From positions 5,686 to 69,685 of the forward strand of contig CASFJV010000052.1 of assembly GCA_949295125.1 (NCBI GenBank): 64,000 nucleotides of DNA, written 5' to 3'. The notes beneath the pieces are model-generated. The model was not told the origin of the DNA and made no database searches. It worked only from the letters and a program-made list of their open reading frames with translations. Position numbers and translations under genes: made by a program. Positions 44,098-51,644 of the stretch are shown piece by piece (the stretch's first letter is position 1; every line of letters starts with the position of its first letter). Origin of the DNA: an uncultured Spirochaetales bacterium. GTDB taxonomy: Bacteria > Spirochaetota > Spirochaetia > Sphaerochaetales > Sphaerochaetaceae.

Positions 44098-45461
44098 ATG
44101 AGGCTTGCTCCGAAAATATCCTGTATGAAACCCTGGTCCTTATGTGCCGCTGCCACTATTACAGTGTCATTAAGGGTGAATGCATAGTTTCCCCCTGGAA
44201 TGAAATTCTCTCCATCTGCTCTCTTTATGCCGGCAATGATTGCCTTGCCACGGAGATTTACATCCTTAAGTGCCTTATTTAGGTACCTGAAGTCCTCTGC
44301 AATTAAGAATTCATATACCTCAAGCGATCCGTCAAAGAGGGTATGGAGCGTTTCTATCGTCCTTCCCCTTAGATGCCTGACCAGGGTGTCTACTGTGGCA
44401 TTTGTCGTTGAAATAGCCGCATCGATATCAAGATGGGAGGCAAGGGAGATGTAATTGTTGTTCGTCTTTATTGATGATATTACCCTCTTTGCTCCAAGAC
44501 GTTTTGCATATAGTGATGATATGATATTAAGCTCATCATTTTCCGTGACGCTTATGACAAGATCCGTATTGTAAAGCTTCTCATCCTCCCAGGTCGCCTC
44601 ATCTGTCACGCTTGCGTTGATTATCAGGATGTCAGGGAAAATATCCAGGAATTCGCGTGCTATCTTCTCATCCTTTTCTATGAGTGTGACTTTCTTCCTC
44701 TCCTGTGGAGTGAAGGCGGATAGCAGGTAACGCGTTATCCTTGTTGCTCCAATCATGAGGATCTTCCTTATCGTGGAATCATCTACAGGCCCTGAGAGCT
44801 CAGTGAATATGTCCTTGCTCTCCTCTTCATCCACGATGATTGCTATCTCATCACCGGATTTTATTATTGTGTCACCGTAAGGGGTGAAGACCTTGTTCTT
44901 CCTCCTTATTCCTGCAATCACGTACTGTCCGGGAATCTTTTTCCTTGCCTCTATGAGAGTCTTGTCCTTGAACGGGCTGTCCTTGCCTATGGTTGTGGCA
45001 AAGAGCATGAAGTGCGCATCCGGAAATGATATCACATCCTTATATAGTCCGCTCCTGATAATCCCGAGAATCCTGTTTGCTGCCTCCTGGTCCGGGTTCA
45101 CTATGTATGAAATTCCAAGAATCGGGTGATGTGATTCTCCGCCCAGGTAGCTTATGCTCCTGATTGCTGCAATTGTGGTTTTCACCTGCGGAAATTCTGA
45201 TGCGACTATGCCGCAGCTTACAAGGTTTGTTTCATCATTGTCAGTTACTGCGATTACTGCATCTGCATTGCTTACCTGTGCCTCTATAAGCTTATCTACA
45301 TTTGTGGCACTTCCGCAAACGGCCATGCAGTCCAGTTTTGAGACTGCCTGCTGGCATCTTTCAGAGCTGGCATCCAGGAAGATTACGTTCTTGTTTTCCT
45401 CTATCAGGTGCTTGCCAAGACGTAAGCCCCTCCTTCCTGCGCCTATTATCAAAACGTTCAT
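44094..45461 (-). CDS. trkA: Trk system NAD-binding subunit TrkA
   Basis: Two RCK/TrkA-N Rossmann units (MNVLIIGAGRRG and ILMIGATRI), each followed by a TrkA-C segment. 455 aa. Confidence 0.9.
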   Translation of the reverse strand: MNVLIIGAGRRGLRLGKHLIEENKNVIFLDASSERCQQAVSKLDCMAVCGSATNVDKLIEAQVSNADAVIAVTDNDETNLVSCGIVASEFPQVKTTIAAIRSISYLGGESHHPILGISYIVNPDQEAANRILGIIRSGLYKDVISFPDAHFMLFATTIGKDSPFKDKTLIEARKKIPGQYVIAGIRRKNKVFTPYGDTIIKSGDEIAIIVDEEESKDIFTELSGPVDDSTIRKILMIGATRITRYLLSAFTPQERKKVTLIEKDEKIAREFLDIFPDILIINASVTDEATWEDEKLYNTDLVISVTENDELNIISSLYAKRLGAKRVISSIKTNNNYISLASHLDIDAAISTTNATVDTLVRHLRGRTIETLHTLFDGSLEVYEFLIAEDFRYLNKALKDVNLRGKAIIAGIKRADGENFIPGGNYAFTLNDTVIVAAAHKDQGFIQDIFGASLI

Positions 45462-45568
45462 GGCTGATAATTATAATGACTATATAGATGCAGTTCAAGG
45501 TGAGGTATTGTCTGCTATATCTTTTAATAAAAATAAATCATTACATTATAAGCAATTAATTATGAAAG

Positions 45569-45586
45569 TGTATCATAATGACACAT
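45569..45586. promoter_or_regulatory. Dyad repeat TGTATCATAATGACACAT, copy 1 (candidate enhancer/UAS)
   Basis: Exact 18-mer repeated at 45654-45671. Internal dyad TGTnTCAT-A-ATGAnACA. Confidence 0.55.
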
Positions 45587-45653
45587 TCTGGATTTCAGAG
45601 GGGAACTGCTAATGGGGAAAAATGCCCCATTATATGATGGCTGGTTGCACCTC

Positions 45654-45671
45654 TGTATCATAATGACACAT
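45654..45671. promoter_or_regulatory. Dyad repeat TGTATCATAATGACACAT, copy 2 (candidate enhancer/UAS)
   Basis: Identical to copy 1 and 85 bp downstream of it. Its centre lies about 74 bp upstream of the -24 element. Confidence 0.55.
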
Positions 45672-45734
45672 ACAGTAAATGGTATTAAAGATTAAAATTA
45701 TTTAATTTATTATATTATAAAGAAATATAAAAGT

Positions 45735-45750
45735 TGGCACGTCTCTTGCT
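45735..45750 (+). promoter_or_regulatory. Sigma-54 (-24/-12) promoter for the tandem hsp20 genes
   Basis: TGGCACGTCTCTTGCT matches TGGCAC-N5-TTGCW with correct GG-to-GC spacing. It lies about 50 nt upstream of the ATG at 45801 (SD AAGGAGG at 45787-45793). Confidence 0.7.
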
Positions 45751-45800
45751 TATATAAAGGTGTAAGCAAAATTACAAAAGTAAATTAAGGAGGCCCTAAA

Positions 45801-46202
45801 ATGGCAATTATGAAATATCAGAGAAACTACAATGACTTGGACAGTCTTATCGATTCCATCTTTACAGGAGTCAAGATGCCACCAGTGGATGTGAAAGAGT
45901 CAAAAACCGGCTATTCCATCTCTGCTGAGATCCCAGGATACAAGGAAAGCGATATAAGCCTTTATGTTGAGAACCATGTTCTTACAATTGAGGGAAAGAA
46001 AGAAGAGAAGGAAGATGAGAAGAATGGAAAGAAATACCTGATCAAGGAAAGGGTAAGCAGGAACTTCAAGAGAAGCTTCACTCTTCCTGAGGATGCAGAT
46101 GAAGATGGCATCAGCGCAACATTCAAGAACGGTGTTCTTGAGATAGACCTTCCAAGGACTGCAAAGGCAGAGCCGAAGAAGATTGAAGTTAAGGTTAACT
46201 GA
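45801..46202 (+). CDS. Hsp20/alpha-crystallin family small heat-shock protein
   Basis: 133 aa. Alpha-crystallin domain: PPVDVKESKTGYSISAEIPGYKESDISLYVENHVLTIEGKK...FKRSFTLPEDAD...ATFKNGVLEIDLP. Confidence 0.9.
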   Translation: MAIMKYQRNYNDLDSLIDSIFTGVKMPPVDVKESKTGYSISAEIPGYKESDISLYVENHVLTIEGKKEEKEDEKNGKKYLIKERVSRNFKRSFTLPEDADEDGISATFKNGVLEIDLPRTAKAEPKKIEVKVN

Positions 46203-46220
46203 TTTTTAGGAGGAACAGAC

Positions 46221-46622
46221 ATGAGATACTATATAGACAGGACATTCCCGAGCTTAATCGATTTCGATAATTTCTTTAATGACTTCTTTGAATCCAGCAG
46301 CGACAGGTTCCCGCCTGTTGATGTGTTCGAGACAGATGATGCATACGTGATTGAGGCAGAGGTCCCCGGATATAACGAAAGCGATATAAAGATCTACTGC
46401 AAGAACAAGACGGTCACGATTGCTTCTGACAGGGTGGAGAAGGAAAAGGCAAAGTACCATATCAATGAGATTGCACTTCCTGAATTCTCGAGGGGATTCA
46501 CACTGCCTGAAGATGCAGATGAAGACAGCGTCGAGGCATCAAGTGAGAACGGTATTCTCACAATTACAATAAAGAAGAAAGCAAAAGCTGAGCCGAAGAG
46601 GATCGAAGTTAAGATCAACTGA
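46221..46622 (+). CDS. Hsp20/alpha-crystallin family small heat-shock protein (tandem paralog)
   Basis: 133 aa with the same domain layout (PPVDVFETDDAYVIEAEVPGYNESDIKIY...FSRGFTLPEDAD...ENGILTITI). SD TAGGAGG. Confidence 0.9.
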   Translation: MRYYIDRTFPSLIDFDNFFNDFFESSSDRFPPVDVFETDDAYVIEAEVPGYNESDIKIYCKNKTVTIASDRVEKEKAKYHINEIALPEFSRGFTLPEDADEDSVEASSENGILTITIKKKAKAEPKRIEVKIN

Positions 46623-46647
46623 GGCAGATAAGCATCACACACATAAA

Positions 46648-46680
46648 GGGTTCTGAGCAGTGCTCAGGGCTCTTTTTTTT
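46648..46680 (+). terminator. Rho-independent terminator after the hsp20 pair
   Basis: GGGTTCTGAGCA-G-TGCTCAGGGCTC stem followed by T9. Confidence 0.8.
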
Positions 46681-46757
46681 CCCTATTTTCCGCTCTTCTC
46701 TTTTATCTTTTTACAATATCCGCTAAATTGTATTCGTTTTAAGAAGGATCAGGACTT

Positions 46758-47606
46758 ATGTATAGGATATTGAAAAAGGAAAAGCTGTCAAAGGAAGTGT
46801 TCCGATTCACTCTCGATGCTCCCATGATTGCCCGCGAAAGGAAGGCAGGACAGTTCGTAGTAGTGCAGAAGGGTGGAGATTTTGAAGAGAGGATTCCTCT
46901 GACGATTGCTGATGCAGACAGTAAGAATGGAACAATACAGATTGTGTTCCAGGCAATAGGGGAAGGAACCCACAGGCTTGCAATGATGGAGGAAGGGGAG
47001 TGCATTGAAAATGTCCTCGGGCCTCTTGGAAGGCCTACTCATATCGAGAAGTTTGGAAAGTGCGTATGCGTCGGAGGGGGAATCGGAGTTGCTCCGCTCT
47101 ATCCTATAGCCAAGGCCCTCAAAGAGGCTGGAAATGAGATCAGGATAATAATCGGCGCAAGGAATGAGAGCCTCCTGATTGAAGAGGATGAGATGAGAGC
47201 ACTCGATCCTGATCTGATTGTAGTGACAGATGATGGATCAAGGGGCAGGAAAGGTGTTGTCACAGAGCCTCTGAAGGAACTCTGCGAATCATGGAAGCCG
47301 GATTTCGTTGTAACAATAGGACCGACAGTCATGATGAAGTTCTGCGCACTGACAACAGAACCATATGGAATAAAGACAATAGCATCACTGAATACGATCA
47401 TGATTGACGGGACCGGAATGTGCGGCGGCTGCCGTGTCTCTGTCGGAGGAGAGACGAAGTTCGTCTGTGTTGACGGACCTGAGTTTGATGCCCATGAGGT
47501 TGACTGGGCAAACATGATGATGAGGCAGAGGACTTATTCTGACTATGAGAAAGAAGCGCATCACAGGTGCCATCTTGAAAGCGGAATAAAGGAAGGAGAG
47601 GCTTGA
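46758..47606 (+). CDS. nfnA: NfnA-type subunit (sulfide/dihydroorotate dehydrogenase-like FAD/NAD-binding, 2Fe-2S)
   Basis: Colinear by eye with Thermotoga NfnA: AGQFVVV, RIPLTIAD, GGGIGVAPLYP, and MIDGTGMCGGCRV...FVCVDGPEF. Confidence 0.8.
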   Translation: MYRILKKEKLSKEVFRFTLDAPMIARERKAGQFVVVQKGGDFEERIPLTIADADSKNGTIQIVFQAIGEGTHRLAMMEEGECIENVLGPLGRPTHIEKFGKCVCVGGGIGVAPLYPIAKALKEAGNEIRIIIGARNESLLIEEDEMRALDPDLIVVTDDGSRGRKGVVTEPLKELCESWKPDFVVTIGPTVMMKFCALTTEPYGIKTIASLNTIMIDGTGMCGGCRVSVGGETKFVCVDGPEFDAHEVDWANMMMRQRTYSDYEKEAHHRCHLESGIKEGEA

Positions 47607-47607
47607 T

Positions 47608-49080
47608 ATGACACGGGAAGAACTCGATAGGAAAGCAAAAGAAGAGCTGGGAAGGCTTCCGGAGAAACTCAGTGTGAAGGACAGGATGGCAATTGAGCAT
47701 CAGCAGATGCCGAGCCAGGATGCAAAAGAGAGGATCCACAATATGGATGAGGTTGCTCTTGGCTATACGGAAGATATTGCAGTCCTTGAGGCAAACAGGT
47801 GCCTTAACTGCAAGAATAAGCCATGCATGCAGGGCTGTCCCGTATCAATTGACATTCCTGCATTCATTGAAAGGATACAGCAGAGGGATTTCAAGGGTGC
47901 CCTTGAGGTAATCCAGAGGGAAAGCATACTGCCAAGCATCTGCGGACGTGTCTGTCCTCAGGAATCACAGTGCCAGAAGTACTGCACAGTTGGAAAGGCC
48001 TTAAAGGATGTTGACAAGGCTGTTGCCATCGGACGCCTTGAGCGTTTCGTAGCTGACTGGAATGCAGATGATGAGACTCTTCCTGAGATAAAGCCGGAGA
48101 CAGGCAAGAAAGTGGCTGTTGTCGGATCAGGGCCAGCTTCCATTGCATGTGCCGCTGACGTAAGGAGGGAGGGGCATGCTGTAGTGATGTACGAGGCCCT
48201 CCATAAGACAGGTGGCGTGCTCAGCTATGGAATTCCTGAATTCCGCCTTCCAAAGCATCTTGTTGACAGGGAAATTGCAAAGCTTGAGAAGATGGGCGTT
48301 GACATAGAGAAGAACGTACTTGTCGGAAGGACAAGGACTATCAGGGAACTCAGGGAAGAGGATGGTTTTGATGCCATTTTCATCGGAACCGGTGCCGGGC
48401 TTCCGAAGTTCATGAATATCCCGGGAGAGAACTATGTAGGAGTGCTTTCTGCAAACGAATACCTTACAAGAAGCAACCTGATGAAAGCTTTTGACAAGGC
48501 TCACAGCCATACTCCGGAGTATGTTGGACGCCGTGTTGCAGTGCTTGGCGGGGGAAACGTTGCAATGGATGCGGCACGCACAGCCCTGCGCTTAGGTGCA
48601 GAGACCGTCGATATCGTATACAGGCGAACTAGGTCTGAGATGCCTGCAAGGAAGGAAGAGATCGAGCATGCAGTCGAGGAGGGATGCAACATAAGGATGC
48701 TCAGCCAGCCGGTTGAGATAAAGGCCGATGAGAATGGCAAGGTAAAATCCCTCGTGATAAGGAAGTGTGAGCTTGGACCTGTGGATCAGAGCGGAAGAAG
48801 GAGCCCTGTGGAAATTCCCGGCTCTGATGAGGAAGTCCCGTATGATGAGATCATCGTCGCAATCGGAAATGCCTCCAATCCTCTCATAAAGCTGACAACG
48901 CCTGAAATTGAGGTCAACAGGAGGGGCAACTTCATTGTTAATGAAGAGACGAATGAGACAAGCATTGAAGGGGTCTATGCCGGCGGTGACATCGTTCTTG
49001 GAGCTGCCACTGTAATCCTTGCAATGGGACAGGGCAGGAAAGCTGCAAAGGCTATCAACGAATACCTGAAGAAAAAATGA
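47608..49080 (+). CDS. nfnB: NfnB-type subunit (glutamate synthase small-chain-like, 2x[4Fe-4S], FAD/NADPH)
   Basis: RCLNCKNKPC and CGRVCPQESQCQKYC clusters, plus VAVVGSGPASIACA and VAVLGGGNVAMDAA dinucleotide folds. Confidence 0.8.
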   Translation: MTREELDRKAKEELGRLPEKLSVKDRMAIEHQQMPSQDAKERIHNMDEVALGYTEDIAVLEANRCLNCKNKPCMQGCPVSIDIPAFIERIQQRDFKGALEVIQRESILPSICGRVCPQESQCQKYCTVGKALKDVDKAVAIGRLERFVADWNADDETLPEIKPETGKKVAVVGSGPASIACAADVRREGHAVVMYEALHKTGGVLSYGIPEFRLPKHLVDREIAKLEKMGVDIEKNVLVGRTRTIRELREEDGFDAIFIGTGAGLPKFMNIPGENYVGVLSANEYLTRSNLMKAFDKAHSHTPEYVGRRVAVLGGGNVAMDAARTALRLGAETVDIVYRRTRSEMPARKEEIEHAVEEGCNIRMLSQPVEIKADENGKVKSLVIRKCELGPVDQSGRRSPVEIPGSDEEVPYDEIIVAIGNASNPLIKLTTPEIEVNRRGNFIVNEETNETSIEGVYAGGDIVLGAATVILAMGQGRKAAKAINEYLKKK

Positions 49081-49547
49081 GAAGTGATCTTAAGAGGGTG
49101 TACTGCACCCTCTCAAGCACTGAGAAATTCAGTGCAATAGATGAGGTTATAGGCAAGTGCACGGTATTTGATGAGCTTGACGATAAGGAGAAGTTCATAA
49201 AGGCAGTGCACAGGAGGGAAAAGATCCAGTCCACCGGAATCGGGCATGGAGTTGCAATTGCGCACGGAAAGCTTTCCCATCTTGAGCATTGCCATATTGC
49301 CCTTGGCTATTCAGAGGATGGCATCGTTTTTGATGAGAACTATCCGGAGCCCGTATCCCTTGTCTTTGTGATCGCATCAAGCCTGAGCCGCCAGGCTGAA
49401 TATATCCATGCGGTATCGAACATCCTTTCATGGGTGCATGATGAGTCATTCAGGAATGACTTAAAAACGGGAGCAAGGTCAAAGCAGGTAAAAGCCTTCT
49501 TTGATATGCTCAAAAAGCAGGAATTCTCTCCCCGCCCGATAAGATAA
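49077..49547 (+). CDS. PTS EIIA type-2 (Fru/Ntr, PtsN-like) domain protein
   Basis: 156 aa. STGIGHGVAIAHGKL contains the conserved phosphorylatable His context. It is coupled to nfnB by an ATGA overlap. Confidence 0.7.
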   Translation: MRSDLKRVYCTLSSTEKFSAIDEVIGKCTVFDELDDKEKFIKAVHRREKIQSTGIGHGVAIAHGKLSHLEHCHIALGYSEDGIVFDENYPEPVSLVFVIASSLSRQAEYIHAVSNILSWVHDESFRNDLKTGARSKQVKAFFDMLKKQEFSPRPIR

Positions 49548-50034
49548 GATCAGGCTTTTCATCCCAGCTGTCATGGGGTAAACAATCAAATAGCTGCACA
49601 GAATAGCATATTCCAACTGAAAATAACTTGTTCCTGTGTGTTTTAAGGTACCGGTCATAGTATCCCATACCACGTCCGATCCGGTATGAATCCTTTGAGA
49701 AGGCCCTTCCTGGAATAAGTATTACTGCCTCTTCATACTCAAAGGGAACCCTTTCTTCTGGCTCCATTATCCCGAATGCACCCCTTTTAAGCGGAGATGG
49801 TGCAAAATGCATTAAGGAGCCATCAACATAGGGAAAGAGGAATGTCTTTCCATCCTCATAGAGCTTTTCAAGATTAACTTCATCCTGAAGGGATGCATAA
49901 GAGAGTACAACACGGCTTTTTTTATATTCATCAAGGCTCCTTAGCATTTCTATGATGGCACTCTCTTCCTCCTCCTTGCCATCAAATGCTTCAAGCCGCT
50001 CCTTCACAAGTTTTCTTATATAAGCCTTGTCCAT
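49510..50034 (-). CDS. 5-formyltetrahydrofolate cyclo-ligase
   Basis: 174 aa. The characteristic C-terminal motifs GIMEP and IGRGMGYYDRYL are present. Confidence 0.8.
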   Translation of the reverse strand: MDKAYIRKLVKERLEAFDGKEEEESAIIEMLRSLDEYKKSRVVLSYASLQDEVNLEKLYEDGKTFLFPYVDGSLMHFAPSPLKRGAFGIMEPEERVPFEYEEAVILIPGRAFSKDSYRIGRGMGYYDRYLKTHRNKLFSVGICYSVQLFDCLPHDSWDEKPDLILSGGERIPAF

Positions 50035-50723
50035 ACGCTTACTGTAACTGAAAGGGCTATTATTGCATAGTCTGAAAGCCTGTAGCTGGCCCTTAGGCGG
50101 GGCATATTCTCATCAAAGAGCCTTGAGGAGAGTGCATCATAATAGGCTGAGATATCATCAAAAACTGAATAGAAAAGGGATGTCACATACTCACTGGCAC
50201 TTTTTAGCGGACTCCTCCAGAATGAGCCAAGGCGCGCTTTACGTGCATCCATAAGATTTGACGAGAGGATGAAGAGGCGGGAGATGAAAGATATTGATAG
50301 CATTACCATTGCGGAAAAGCGCCATGCATATTTGCCTGCCAGGTGGGATGAGACACCTCCTAGTGAGGCAGCTATCTCAGATGGAGTTGTGGAGTCAAGA
50401 AGCAGGGAAGAAAGGATTATGAGGGAAAGGAATTTACCTCCTTCATAGAGGGAGGAGGCAATTTCATGGCTTGCTATGAGTTCTGTGATAAATATGAGGA
50501 ATGTGAGAAAGAGCAGGGCCTTGCTCTTTCTCAGGTATGTTAAGACAGGAAGCCTTACTAAGAGGCAGAGGAAAAGAATAAATACTGCTGATATAGCAAA
50601 ATGAATGGGATTTGGGCTTGTTATGGCGAAAGAGATGGCAATCAGGGCAGAAAGCTTTGCAAATGGATTGATGGAGCAAAGCACGGTTTTCCGAGACCTC
50701 TTTGAAAAGATCATCAAAGCCAT
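50016..50723 (-). CDS. ECF transporter T component (EcfT/CbiQ family)
   Basis: 235 aa, about 5-6 TM. Its position immediately after an EcfA/CbiO-like ATPase with overlapping ends supports the call. Confidence 0.65.
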   Translation of the reverse strand: MALMIFSKRSRKTVLCSINPFAKLSALIAISFAITSPNPIHFAISAVFILFLCLLVRLPVLTYLRKSKALLFLTFLIFITELIASHEIASSLYEGGKFLSLIILSSLLLDSTTPSEIAASLGGVSSHLAGKYAWRFSAMVMLSISFISRLFILSSNLMDARKARLGSFWRSPLKSASEYVTSLFYSVFDDISAYYDALSSRLFDENMPRLRASYRLSDYAIIALSVTVSVWTRLI

Positions 50724-51442
50724 GACAGCTCCTCAAACGGAAGGTTTGGAATGTAGATGCTGTTTTTCCTGAGATCATCAAGCGAATCCATGCTTTTCCT
50801 ATCGGATACAATTTCCCCGTTTTTGAGTATTACAGTTCTCTCTACATGCTTAAGGAGCTTTTCAGCTTCATGGGATACCAGTATTACAGTCTTTCCCATT
50901 TCCTTAAGCTGGCAGATTGTTTTTATGACAAGCACTGTAGATGGATAATCCAGTGAGGAAAGCGGTTCATCAAGCAGTATGATTTCAGGCCCCATTGCAA
51001 GGACAGAAGCAATTGCGACTTTCCTTTTTTCCCCACCTGAGAGCACTCTAGGATTCATATCCTCAAGGCTCTTGAGTCCAAAGAGGCCAAGGTATTCCTC
51101 CACTTTTGCCTCTATCTCATCCTTATCCATTCCCTGGTTTTCAAGGCCGAATGCAATATCCTCCCTCACGCTCTCTCCGACAATCTCAAGGCTTGAATCC
51201 TGGAATACGAGCGCAATCTTCCTCATCCTGTCCCTTGCTTTCACCCTTTTCCCGTCTATAAGGATCTCTCCGCTGCTTTCCTTCTCAAGCCCCTTTATTG
51301 TTTTCAGGAGCATTGATTTTCCGGATCCATTGAGTCCTGCAATCAGCAGGCATTCACCGCTTTCAGCGGAAAATGAGATATCTTTGAGGATCTCTTTCTT
51401 TTCTATGACCTTTCCAAGGTGTTTCACTTCAAGGATATGCAT
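50714..51442 (-). CDS. ECF/ABC transporter ATP-binding protein (EcfA/CbiO-like)
   Basis: Walker A GLNGSGKS, signature LSGGEKRKVAIA, Walker B ILLDEPLS. Confidence 0.85.
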   Translation of the reverse strand: MHILEVKHLGKVIEKKEILKDISFSAESGECLLIAGLNGSGKSMLLKTIKGLEKESSGEILIDGKRVKARDRMRKIALVFQDSSLEIVGESVREDIAFGLENQGMDKDEIEAKVEEYLGLFGLKSLEDMNPRVLSGGEKRKVAIASVLAMGPEIILLDEPLSSLDYPSTVLVIKTICQLKEMGKTVILVSHEAEKLLKHVERTVILKNGEIVSDRKSMDSLDDLRKNSIYIPNLPFEELSWL

Positions 51443-51571
51443 GCTGAGATTATATTGTTAAGTAAACTTTCTATCAAGATGCAAGTTTACAAAAAGAATG
51501 CCTGCTGCTTGAAAATGACATGTATTTTTTATCTAATCAGCAGTTGCCATCATCTTTTTAATAATGGAAAG

Positions 51572-51619
51572 GAGCCTTCCCCCTGCCTGGCGGCCTGCCG
51601 TATAGCAGATGGAAGGCTC
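51572..51619 (-). terminator. Long hairpin downstream of asnB
   Basis: GAGCCTTCC (51572-51580) pairs with GGAAGGCTC (51611-51619) around a GC-rich interior. The U-tract is poor, so function is uncertain. Confidence 0.35.
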
Positions 51620-51644
51620 ATGGCAGAAGGAGAAAACAGCTTTA

